Assembly (NCBI GenBank): GCA_937896195.1
Contig: CALBNC010000081.1
Coordinates: 5,218 to 69,217 of the forward strand
Source of the DNA: an uncultured Gammaproteobacteria bacterium
GTDB taxonomy: Bacteria; Pseudomonadota; Gammaproteobacteria; PS1; Pseudothioglobaceae
Direction of reading: 5' to 3'
DNA: 64,000 nt
Shown here: one piece after another, positions 21,322 through 30,123 of the stretch
Layout of the letters: each line of letters begins with the position of its first letter
Numbering within the stretch: the stretch's first letter is position 1
The notes under the pieces: model-generated
Told to the model about the DNA's origin: nothing
Database searches by the model: none
The model's input: the letters and a program-made list of their open reading frames with translations, nothing else
Made by a program: the position numbers and the translations under genes

Positions 21322-22422
21322 TTAATTTTTATGTTCTGTGCTAAATCTTACTTCAAGTTTTTTTGAGTAGCGACTCATAGAATATAGTATGACCCACATA
21401 ACAAAAGCAACAAAAACATAGCCCTCTGAGTTTCTGCCTAGCCAACTAGAATTACTTGTGGCTGCACCTACTATTGCCAACATGTCATATAGACCAATAA
21501 TTAAGATCAACGTCGTATCTTTAAATAATGCGATAAATGATCCTACGATATTAGGGATGGATATTTTTAAAGCTTGTGGCAGAATGATAAGGGTAGTTTT
21601 TTGTACAAAATTTAAACCTGAAGCGTCCGCTGCCTCATATTGACCTTTAGGAATCGCTTGCAGCCCACCTCTTATAACCTCTGCAATATAGGCTGTTTGA
21701 AAAAGAGTTATACCAATTAGAGCTCTAAGTAATTTATCAAAATCCATGCCTACTGAAAAGAATAGAGGCAATATAACTGATGCCATAAACAAAATAGTAA
21801 TCAATGGCACACCTCTTACAAATTCAATAAACACAACTGAAATAAATTTCACGATGCGCATTTTAGACTGCCGCCCTAAAGCAAATAAAATACCTAATGG
21901 AAAAGAAGCGACAATACCAACGGCAGCCACTACAATGGTCAAGGTAAGTCCGCCCCATTTATCAGTTCCAACAACTTCTAAACCTAGCCCTCCATGCAGT
22001 AAGAAAAAGGCAGCAATAGGATATACTAAGAAAGCACCAATAATATAATGCATTCTGTATTGTGATTTTTTAATCCAAGATCCGAACATGATCATTACTA
22101 CAATAAGGCCAAACATGGTGTCAATACGCCACAATTCCTCTTGCGGGTAGAATCCATAAATAAACATTTTGAAATTATCATAAATGAAAGCCCAGCAAGC
22201 GCCCTCTCGACCACAAGAGTCATTGTCCGCAGTTAAATCAAAATTGGCATCAAAAATTGTCCAGTTTAAAATAGGTGGCAAGATTAGATAAATAAGATAC
22301 AGTGCTGTAAGAGTAAGTAAAACATTAGATGTAGATGAAAGTAAGTTCTCTTTCAGCCATTGGATTGCCTTAGTTTGCGATTGTGGCGCTTTTTTTGTTT
22401 CTTTTAACGGATAGACTGCCAT
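21322..22422 (-). CDS. aapM: Amino acid ABC transporter permease (AapM)
   Basis: WGGLTLT, EFVRGVPLI, AYIAEVIRGGLQAIPKGQYEAA. Confidence 0.88.
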   Translation of the reverse strand: MAVYPLKETKKAPQSQTKAIQWLKENLLSSTSNVLLTLTALYLIYLILPPILNWTIFDANFDLTADNDSCGREGACWAFIYDNFKMFIYGFYPQEELWRIDTMFGLIVVMIMFGSWIKKSQYRMHYIIGAFLVYPIAAFFLLHGGLGLEVVGTDKWGGLTLTIVVAAVGIVASFPLGILFALGRQSKMRIVKFISVVFIEFVRGVPLITILFMASVILPLFFSVGMDFDKLLRALIGITLFQTAYIAEVIRGGLQAIPKGQYEAADASGLNFVQKTTLIILPQALKISIPNIVGSFIALFKDTTLILIIGLYDMLAIVGAATSNSSWLGRNSEGYVFVAFVMWVILYSMSRYSKKLEVRFSTEHKN

Positions 22423-22427
22423 AATAG

Positions 22428-23591
22428 TTATTTACCCTTAATTTCCATTTTCTTGTTAAAAATATTTAGGACTAATGATATAAAGAGTGAGATCGTCAAA
22501 TACACCAACATTGTCAATGCAATAACTTCAATTGCTTGGCCTACTACATTTAAGACCGTGCCTGAAAATATAGTAACCAACTCTGAATAGCCAACTGCTG
22601 TTGCTAAAGAGGAGTTTTTAGTGAGATTTAAGTATTGGTTAATAATTGGCGGTATCGCGACTCTTAGTGCTTGTGGTAACACCACTAAACGCATTGCCTG
22701 ACCTTGTCTTAATCCTAACGCTGCTGCTGCTTCTTTTTGCCCTTTATCCACCGAATCAATGCCTGATCGAATGGCTTCAGCAATGTAGGTAGCCGTGTAA
22801 ACACTTAAAGCAAAAGCCAAGGAGAAGAACTCAATAGATAAGTCTGTGCCGCCTTGAAAATTAAAACCCTTTAAAGCTGGATACTCTAATTGCGCACCAA
22901 AAACAAAATAGGCCATAATTGGAAGTAGAACTACAAGTCCTAAAAAGTGAGGGATGGTATTGGTTGCAATCCCCGTATCATCGTGTTTTTTGGTGCTACG
23001 TTTTTTAATAAAAACATAAGCAACAATACCAATAATAAAACTTGCAAGTACGAGATAAAATTCAGTTCCTATAATAAATTTAGGCAAGAACAATCCTCTT
23101 GAATTGAGGAAAACACTATCCAAAAAATTCATACTATTTCTAGTAGATGGGAGAACGCTAAGCGCTGTTGAATACCAAAATAGAATTTGTAGTAATATCG
23201 GTATATTTCTAAAAATCTCAATATACACCGTAGCCATTTTTCTAATCAGATAGTTGCTAGATAAACGAGCAATACCAATAACAAGACCAATGACTGAAGC
23301 AAAAAATATACCTGTTATTGCAACAATTAAAGTGTTAACAATACCGACATAAAATGCCTGTAAATTAGTTGAAGTTGGTGAATACGTCAAAAAGAAATTA
23401 TCATTGACAGCAAAACCAGCTTCATCATTTAGAAAACCAAAACCACTTCTAATACCGCTTTGCTCAATGTTAAGCATCATGTTATCAAAAGCTTGATAAA
23501 CAAAATAAGCAATAAAAACAACCGCTAGCACTTGAAATGCAATCGCTCTAACTTCGTTGTTATATAGTAGTGATTTTAGTTTTATAAACAT
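22428..23591 (-). CDS. aapQ: Amino acid ABC transporter permease (AapQ)
   Basis: YIEIFRNIPILLQ, AEAIRSGI..V.KGQ.EAA, QYLNLTKNSSLA. Confidence 0.88.
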   Translation of the reverse strand: MFIKLKSLLYNNEVRAIAFQVLAVVFIAYFVYQAFDNMMLNIEQSGIRSGFGFLNDEAGFAVNDNFFLTYSPTSTNLQAFYVGIVNTLIVAITGIFFASVIGLVIGIARLSSNYLIRKMATVYIEIFRNIPILLQILFWYSTALSVLPSTRNSMNFLDSVFLNSRGLFLPKFIIGTEFYLVLASFIIGIVAYVFIKKRSTKKHDDTGIATNTIPHFLGLVVLLPIMAYFVFGAQLEYPALKGFNFQGGTDLSIEFFSLAFALSVYTATYIAEAIRSGIDSVDKGQKEAAAALGLRQGQAMRLVVLPQALRVAIPPIINQYLNLTKNSSLATAVGYSELVTIFSGTVLNVVGQAIEVIALTMLVYLTISLFISLVLNIFNKKMEIKGK

Positions 23592-23657
23592 AAAAAACCT
23601 TTATAAAAAAAATGACCAACTGAAGTAGTTAGTCATTTTATATGTTTTATTTAGAGT

Positions 23658-24665
23658 TTATCTAAACGCTGGAGAGTACAAGATACCACCTTTAATCCAC
23701 AACTGGTTTACACCACGTGGAAGCGCAATAGGTGTCGACATACCAATGTTTCTCTCGAAACTTTCACCGTAGTTACCTACCTGTGAAACGATATTACGAG
23801 CCCAATCTTTGTTAAGACCTAAATGTTCATTAAGCTTACCAGTTTTACCTTGTAATCTTTGTACACCAGGACTAGTAGAGGTTCTGTCGATAGTAGCTGA
23901 AGTAACACCTAACTCTTCTGCTTCAATCATCGCATTAAGCGACCACTTAACAATATTAAACCAATTATCATCACCTTGACGAACTACAGGACCTAAAGGC
24001 TCTTTAGAAATAACATCACCCAAAACTACAGCAGAACTAGGATCTTTAAGTGTTGATCTAAGGCCAGCTAGTTGAGAAACGTCAGAAGTTAATGCATCAC
24101 AACGACCCGCTTCAAAGCCACCTTTGGTTTGTGGAGAAGTATCATAAGTAACAGCTTTAAACTTCATGTTATTTGAACGGAAATAATCAGCTAAATTAAG
24201 CTCAGTTGTTGTTCCTGCTTGAATACAAAAAGAAGCTCCATCTAAATCCTTAACACTATTAACGTCTAATGATTTTTTCACCATGAAACCTTGACCATCG
24301 TAGTAATTTACGCCGGCAAAGTTAAGGCCTAACGAATTGTCTCGAGTAGCTGTCCAGGTTGTATTACGTGATAACACATCGATTTCACCAGACTGTAGAG
24401 CGATAAAGCGCTCTTTTGCTGATAAAGGTACATATTTAACCTTTCGAGCATCGCCTAAAGTGGCTGCTGCAATAGCACGACAAACATCAACATCCATACC
24501 AGACCAGTTTCCACTTGAATCAGGATTAGAAAATCCAGGTGTTCCTGTTGATACACCACAGCTTAAGCTGCCTTGTGACTTAACGTCACTTAACGTATCT
24601 GCATTTACACTAAAGCCAGTAAAGACTAATAGCGATGCAGCTGAAAGTTTTAACAATTTATTCAT
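23658..24665 (-). CDS. aapJ: General L-amino acid ABC transporter periplasmic binding protein (AapJ)
   Basis: Signal peptide, GMDVDVCRAIAAA, LQSGEIDVLSRNTTWT, ISKEPLGPVVRQGD; start MNKLLK after GAGGGG SD. Confidence 0.9.
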   Translation of the reverse strand: MNKLLKLSAASLLVFTGFSVNADTLSDVKSQGSLSCGVSTGTPGFSNPDSSGNWSGMDVDVCRAIAAATLGDARKVKYVPLSAKERFIALQSGEIDVLSRNTTWTATRDNSLGLNFAGVNYYDGQGFMVKKSLDVNSVKDLDGASFCIQAGTTTELNLADYFRSNNMKFKAVTYDTSPQTKGGFEAGRCDALTSDVSQLAGLRSTLKDPSSAVVLGDVISKEPLGPVVRQGDDNWFNIVKWSLNAMIEAEELGVTSATIDRTSTSPGVQRLQGKTGKLNEHLGLNKDWARNIVSQVGNYGESFERNIGMSTPIALPRGVNQLWIKGGILYSPAFR

Positions 24666-24775
24666 AACATTTCCCCTCATTGAGATTAATTAAAAAACGT
24701 AGTACTTAAAAGACACTACTGAGGGGGAGATTAACATGAAAAGCGCTTCATGTAAATACTTTAAATAATTAAAAA

Positions 24776-24955
24776 CTAAGTTCTTTTTTGATATAAAGAT
24801 GCCAAACCTAAGAAAATGGTAATTGTAATAATGATACTAAGTTGCTTGGAATTAACAATTGGCGAGTAGCTACTATAAGCTGAGGCCAATGTTATGCTAG
24901 CAAACAAAGAGACGCCTATAGATAGTGTTAGCTTAATAAAGTTTGATAATTTCAT
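24776..24955 (-). CDS. Small hydrophobic protein (59 aa, two hydrophobic segments)
   Basis: ORF track; MKLSNF...; co-directional with neighbours; weak RBS. Confidence 0.4.
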   Translation of the reverse strand: MKLSNFIKLTLSIGVSLFASITLASAYSSYSPIVNSKQLSIIITITIFLGLASLYQKRT

Positions 24956-24959
24956 CAAA

Positions 24960-25037
24960 CTAATGAACTAATGCCATGCTTAATGACATGATGATCGCGG
25001 CTGATGAATAGATAATGGTGTGTAATGCTAAGTTCAT
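24960..25037 (-). CDS. Putative 25-aa membrane peptide MNLALHTIIYSSAAIIMSLSMALVH
   Basis: Read manually; strong SD GGGGGAAG 5 nt upstream of ATG; below the ORF-track length cutoff. Confidence 0.45.
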   Translation of the reverse strand: MNLALHTIIYSSAAIIMSLSMALVH

Positions 25038-25069
25038 TTCTTCCCCCTGGAAAAATTAATAGATAAAAA

Positions 25070-25423
25070 TTAATAAATAGTTGTTCCGATTAATTGCGTA
25101 ATGATGGATTCTGATGAACTAGAATTTTTAAGGGTTGCTCTAGCGTACCATTTTTCTGCCAGTTGTTCATTTGCTTGAATGCCTTCGCCAGTTAAATAAG
25201 CATACCAAACATTAAACTGAGCTGGCAAATTACCCTGCTTAGCAGCTCTTTGATACCAGTAAAAAGCATTCGCTGTATTTCTAGCAACATCTTGTCCTTT
25301 TTGAAAAATATCAGCCAATGTATATTGAGCCTCAGCATCGCCTAAATAAGCTTGCTGTTGAATTTTAACTATTTCAACTTTCAGCTCTGACTCTGCTAGT
25401 AAGTGTGCATGTATTTGATTCAT
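25070..25423 (-). CDS. Sel1-like repeat protein (2 SLRs)
   Basis: GDAEAQYTLA...AFYWYQRAAKQGNLPAQFN...AEKWYARA; SD GAGGG. Confidence 0.85.
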   Translation of the reverse strand: MNQIHAHLLAESELKVEIVKIQQQAYLGDAEAQYTLADIFQKGQDVARNTANAFYWYQRAAKQGNLPAQFNVWYAYLTGEGIQANEQLAEKWYARATLKNSSSSESIITQLIGTTIY

Positions 25424-25597
25424 GATATTTCCCTCATTTAGTTATTTATTTGAGTCGAATATACCGTGATTTTTATGGCGTGTAAAGACTCTTTTATAAT
25501 AAAAATTAATATGTATTTATTTGTATAAAAATCAATAGGTTATAGTGTTTTTATGGTGATATTACCACTACTTGTATTTTATAACTAATGTAACTCA

Positions 25598-25627
25598 TTG
25601 ACATGGGTGGTAAAAAATAACTATAAT
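25598..25627 (+). promoter_or_regulatory. Consensus sigma70 promoter of the HTH-nadE gene
   Basis: TTGACA (25598-25603)-N18-TATAAT (25622-25627), 33 nt before the ATG. Confidence 0.8.
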
Positions 25628-25660
25628 AGGTAAAAAAACAAGTAAAAATAGGTAAAAAAT

Positions 25661-27535
25661 ATGACCAATAAAACTAAAGACTATCTAACCAAAGTGCGCA
25701 AAAAGACTGGCTTTTCAGACTATAAGATCTCTCAAGAGTACGGTATAAATCAGTCTAATTTAAGTAAATATAAATCAGGGAAATCTTCCCTTTCTGAAAC
25801 TCATGCCTGGCTATTTGCTGATATTTTGAATATTAATCCTGCTGAAGTAGTTGCTAACACTAAGCTCGAGCATGCAAAAATGAAAGGCGACAAATTGAAG
25901 GTTATATTTTGGCAGGAGCAGATAGAAAACCTTTCAAATATCTCAGAGTCTATCAAAATCGATATCGCACAAATTAACCCTATTGTTGGTGATTTAAACA
26001 ATAACGCTCAACAAATCATCGACTTAAGTATTGAAGCTGCTCAACAAGGTGCTGACTTATTAGTTTTTCCAGAATTAGCATTAACAGGTTATTTGCCAGA
26101 AGACTTATTATTAAGAGCTGGATTTATTCAACAAGTTGAAGAAAAGGTTGATTTAATTAAAAACTCTATTCCTGAAACTATGGCTATTGTTTTTGGTGCA
26201 CCTCATAAAAATCAGGGCAATCTATATAATGCTGCATATTTAATCCAAGATCAAGAGGTTCAGACTTATCACAAACAACAACTACCTAACTACAGTGTTT
26301 TTGATGAAAAACGCTACTTTAGCGCGGGTAGTAAACCTTTTGTTTTTACAATCAAAGGTCAGCGTATTGGGCTACTAGTGTGTGCTGATATTTGGAATGC
26401 TGATATAGTTAGTGAAACAGCCAGATATGGTGTTAGCACTATTGTTAGTATTAATGCCTCCCCTTTTCATATTGACAAACATCAACAGAGACTTGACGAA
26501 GTAAAAAAGCGCGTACTTGAAAATCAAGTTGGCTTTATCTATGTCAACCTAGTTGGTGGTCAAGATGAAATTATCTTTGATGGCGGCTCTTTTGCTATGA
26601 ATTCTAAAGCACAAGTCACTCATCAATTACCTTTCTTTAAAGTTACAACTAGCTCATTATCAGCACCATGCGAACCTATTAAAGCGGTAAGTATTGAAGA
26701 AACTATTTACGATGCCTTAGTACTAGCAACTAAAGACTATATTGAAAAAAATGGCGTATTTAATGGTGTAGTTATTGGCTTATCTGGTGGTATCGACTCT
26801 GCATTAACATTGGCGATTGCTGCAGATGCAATTGGTAACGAAAACATTAAGGCTATTATGATGCCCTACACCTATACTTCTAATATGAGTTTGGAAGATG
26901 CCAAGGCTCAAGCCAGCACTATGAATATTGATTATCAAGAAATTAGCATTCACCCAATGGTTGAAAGCTTTAATTCTCAGCTTAGTGAATTATTTAGTGG
27001 CTTACAAGCTGATACCACAGAAGAAAATTTGCAGGCTCGAGTTCGTGGCACCCTACTAATGGCTGTCTCAAACAAGCTTGGAAAGATTGTATTAACAACG
27101 GGCAATAAATCAGAAATGGCAGTTGGATATGCCACCTTGTATGGTGACATGTCAGGTGGTTTTGCCCCGCTTAAAGATGTATCAAAAACCATGGTTTATC
27201 GACTGGCAAAATATCGAAACACTCAATCCTATATTATCCCTGGACGTGTTATTGATCGCGAACCCTCAGCAGAGCTTGCACCCAATCAAACTGATCAAGA
27301 CTCATTGCCACCTTATGACGAGCTAGATGCTATTCTTGAGCTATTTATCGAGAAAAGACTTGCGGTTAAAGATATTGTCAAACAAGGCTTTAATCAAAAA
27401 ACTGTGGAACGTATTAGTCAATTAGTGCTTAATAATGAATATAAACGCAGACAAAGTGCGCCAGGGCCAAAAATTTCAAAAAATGCATTCGGTAAAGAGC
27501 GTCGCTACCCTATGACGTCAAAATTCAAACCTTAA
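25661..27535 (+). CDS. nadE: Glutamine-dependent NAD+ synthetase with an extra N-terminal ~90-aa HTH domain
   Basis: Nitrilase domain (VFPELALTGY, YHKQQLPNY.VFDEKRYF, Cys) and synthetase domain (GLSGGIDSAL, ENLQARVRG, TTGNKSE.AVGYATLYGD, PSAEL, EYKRRQ); N-terminal SDYKISQEYGINQSNLSKYKSGK HTH. Confidence 0.95.
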   Translation: MTNKTKDYLTKVRKKTGFSDYKISQEYGINQSNLSKYKSGKSSLSETHAWLFADILNINPAEVVANTKLEHAKMKGDKLKVIFWQEQIENLSNISESIKIDIAQINPIVGDLNNNAQQIIDLSIEAAQQGADLLVFPELALTGYLPEDLLLRAGFIQQVEEKVDLIKNSIPETMAIVFGAPHKNQGNLYNAAYLIQDQEVQTYHKQQLPNYSVFDEKRYFSAGSKPFVFTIKGQRIGLLVCADIWNADIVSETARYGVSTIVSINASPFHIDKHQQRLDEVKKRVLENQVGFIYVNLVGGQDEIIFDGGSFAMNSKAQVTHQLPFFKVTTSSLSAPCEPIKAVSIEETIYDALVLATKDYIEKNGVFNGVVIGLSGGIDSALTLAIAADAIGNENIKAIMMPYTYTSNMSLEDAKAQASTMNIDYQEISIHPMVESFNSQLSELFSGLQADTTEENLQARVRGTLLMAVSNKLGKIVLTTGNKSEMAVGYATLYGDMSGGFAPLKDVSKTMVYRLAKYRNTQSYIIPGRVIDREPSAELAPNQTDQDSLPPYDELDAILELFIEKRLAVKDIVKQGFNQKTVERISQLVLNNEYKRRQSAPGPKISKNAFGKERRYPMTSKFKP

Positions 27536-27539
27536 AAAA

Positions 27540-28835
27540 CTAAGAGAATATCTTTAAAATTCCTTGAGCTTTATGTGTTGTTTCTTCTAGCTCACGCTTA
27601 GGATTAGAGTCAAAAACAATGCCTGCGCCTGCTCTAAAGCTCAGATCTTTATCTTGTTTTATCATGGTCCTAATAAGAATATTAAAATCCATTTTTCCAT
27701 TATTACTAATGTATCCCAAAGAGCCTGTGTAAGCTTCTCGAGCCTGCTGCTCTAATTCAGAAATAATCTGCATACAACGAATCTTAGGGCATCCCGTAAT
27801 AGTACCACCTGGAAACAACGCCTCCACCAGGTTCTTAATATTAATCGATGGCCTTAAAGTGCCTTTAATATTTGACACAATATGATGAACGTAAGGATAG
27901 GTCTCTAAAGTCATCACTTCATTTACTTCAATTGAGCCATACTCACATACTCTGCCCAAATCATTACGCTCTAGATCAAGTAGCATAATATGCTCAGCTT
28001 GCTCCTTGGGATGATTGATCAAACGCTGTTTTAGCACTTCATCCTCGATACCTACACCTCTAGGATGGGTGCCTGCAATAGGACGTGTCTCAATTTTAGC
28101 GCCATTCACACTAAACAAACGCTCAGGAGAGGAAGAAATAATACTAAAATTTTGAAATTGAGCGAGTGCTGAAAATGGCGCTGGATTAGATACCTTTAAG
28201 GCATTGTAAAGTTGCGTAGCGCTACACTTATTCTTAAGTGTATATTTCCAAGCACGTGATAAATTCACCTGAAACACATCGCCCGCTTTAATGTAGTTTT
28301 TAATCTTTTCAACGCCAGACAAGAATTTAGCATCTGCCTCACAAGCTAATTCTCCTGAAAAGTCAGGCGAAACTTGGCTTAATTTAGCTTGCTTGATGTC
28401 ACTCAATACTTGATTTAATCTTGTTTTATTACCATCCTCATCTAATAAATAAGTTTTCTCTAATTGATGATCAACAACAACAGCGCAAGGAATTTTTACC
28501 GCGATTGCTACTGGCAAAGCGCTATTATGTAAATCCTTTAATAAAGTAGGCTCGATTTGGCCAATTAGCTCATAAGACAAATAAGCAAACCAGCCGCCTG
28601 TAAAAGGTAGATGCGAATGCTGAGCATTATTAGTAGTATTTAGAGAAGATAACCTATCTAAAAAATTAAAATCAGTTAGATTTTCTAACACCAACTCCTG
28701 CTGTGGATGCGCAAACAAAATAGAATAGCGATTGTTGATATTATGATTAACGCTTTCCAATAAAAAAGGATAACGCTGGACATTCAACTGACACAGGATA
28801 TCCAGAGAGAAATTTGGAATTTCTAAAACTTTCAT
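27540..28835 (-). CDS. pabB: Chorismate-binding enzyme, most likely aminodeoxychorismate synthase component I
   Basis: GDVFQVNLSR, SSSPERLF, TRPIAGT, KEQAEHIMLLDLERNDLGRVC, FPGGTITGCPK; 431 aa fits PabB better than TrpE. Confidence 0.75.
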   Translation of the reverse strand: MKVLEIPNFSLDILCQLNVQRYPFLLESVNHNINNRYSILFAHPQQELVLENLTDFNFLDRLSSLNTTNNAQHSHLPFTGGWFAYLSYELIGQIEPTLLKDLHNSALPVAIAVKIPCAVVVDHQLEKTYLLDEDGNKTRLNQVLSDIKQAKLSQVSPDFSGELACEADAKFLSGVEKIKNYIKAGDVFQVNLSRAWKYTLKNKCSATQLYNALKVSNPAPFSALAQFQNFSIISSSPERLFSVNGAKIETRPIAGTHPRGVGIEDEVLKQRLINHPKEQAEHIMLLDLERNDLGRVCEYGSIEVNEVMTLETYPYVHHIVSNIKGTLRPSINIKNLVEALFPGGTITGCPKIRCMQIISELEQQAREAYTGSLGYISNNGKMDFNILIRTMIKQDKDLSFRAGAGIVFDSNPKRELEETTHKAQGILKIFS

Positions 28836-28836
28836 A

Positions 28837-29520
28837 CTAGTTCAACTGTTCAGGCTCACTATTGGCTTGTTTAGTGGGTGAAATCTTTGCGAGTAATTGT
28901 TGAGCTTGATTAGCAACGCGATGAGATGGAAATTTCTTCAAAATGCTATTCAGTAGATTTTTAGATTTTTCAACTTGCTTTAGCTCAACATATACTTTTG
29001 CCAATTCAAACAAGGAGTTGGCATATTTGTGATGTAGGGGGCTATTTTGTTGAAATGCGACAAATGTATTTATAGCTAATGAATACTGTCTTTGCGCTAA
29101 ATACGTTTTAGCTAACCAATAGTGTGCATCTGATGCATGATTATTATCAGGATAAATATCCAAATATTTCTTAAATAATACAATGGCTTGATCATACTGA
29201 TCGGTCACCAGCAATGAACGAGCATTGGTGTATATTTTTTTGGCTTTTTTATTGTGTTCATGCACGCGCGTCATGGCTTGCTCAACCACAATACTAGATT
29301 TTTTGTATTCCATCAAATTAAACAGTTCGGTGATTTTCTTACTACTCTCTAGTTGCTGTTGTTCTAGTTGTTCAATTTTCCCATTCAGCGCTTTGTTAGT
29401 CTGAACTAAGTGCTTAATTTTTTTATTATGATCCATGATCACTTTTTCTGTATTAATGCCGGCAGAAGCTGGCTGCCAAGCAAATACAGTTAATAAAAAT
29501 ATTAAGAAAAAACGTCGCAT
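28837..29520 (-). CDS. cpoB: Tol-Pal system protein CpoB/YbgF
   Basis: Signal peptide, coiled coil, TPRs (YPDNNHASDAHYWLA), downstream of pal. Confidence 0.85.
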   Translation of the reverse strand: MRRFFLIFLLTVFAWQPASAGINTEKVIMDHNKKIKHLVQTNKALNGKIEQLEQQQLESSKKITELFNLMEYKKSSIVVEQAMTRVHEHNKKAKKIYTNARSLLVTDQYDQAIVLFKKYLDIYPDNNHASDAHYWLAKTYLAQRQYSLAINTFVAFQQNSPLHHKYANSLFELAKVYVELKQVEKSKNLLNSILKKFPSHRVANQAQQLLAKISPTKQANSEPEQLN

Positions 29521-29526
29521 AACTCT

Positions 29527-30108
29527 TTACTGATAAATAAACTCAACGCGTCGATTCTGCTGCCAAGCGCTTTCATCATGCAGTTGAACAACTGGATTTT
29601 CTTCGCCAAAACTAACTACTTTAACGCGAGAAGATAGATCGTACAAACCTAAAATTTCTTTAACAGCTAAAGCGCGGTTTTCACCCAATGCTAAATTATA
29701 CTCACGGGTACCTCGCTCATCTGCATGCCCTTCTAGGCGCAGATCAAGCGTTGGATTATCACGCATGAAATTTGCATGCTTAATAACTTCTTGAGTTGCT
29801 GCCTCATCAATCTCGCTACCATCATAGGAAAAGTTTAATACGAACTTAGTACCTGAGTTTTTTAATTGAGCAACAATCATTCGAGCAGCACTATTTTGAG
29901 CTGCTGTACGAGTGTGACTGCCCTTAAATTCTTGCGACTGAAAACTAGAAGAATCTACTGCAATAATGCTTTCTTGATTTACAGCCGCGTTCTCTTCTTC
30001 AGTTATTAGAGCTGATCTTGGTGAAACTTTTTGATAAAGCTCCTCAACTGAAGACGTACAAGACGACAATAATAAAACAGCTGAGGTTAATAAAGTAATT
30101 TTTAACAT
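29527..30108 (-). CDS. pal: Peptidoglycan-associated lipoprotein Pal
   Basis: Lipobox LLSSC, OmpA-C motif EGHADERGTREYNLALGENRA, QNRRVE. Confidence 0.92.
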   Translation of the reverse strand: MLKITLLTSAVLLLSSCTSSVEELYQKVSPRSALITEEENAAVNQESIIAVDSSSFQSQEFKGSHTRTAAQNSAARMIVAQLKNSGTKFVLNFSYDGSEIDEAATQEVIKHANFMRDNPTLDLRLEGHADERGTREYNLALGENRALAVKEILGLYDLSSRVKVVSFGEENPVVQLHDESAWQQNRRVEFIYQ

Positions 30109-30123
30109 GTGAATTTCCTTATA

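Noticed and set aside
24736-24768. 10-aa plus-strand ORF MKSASCKYFK behind a strong G-rich SD-like tract
   Set aside because: Too short to support; the G tract is more simply the complement of the anti-SD element in the aapJ leader
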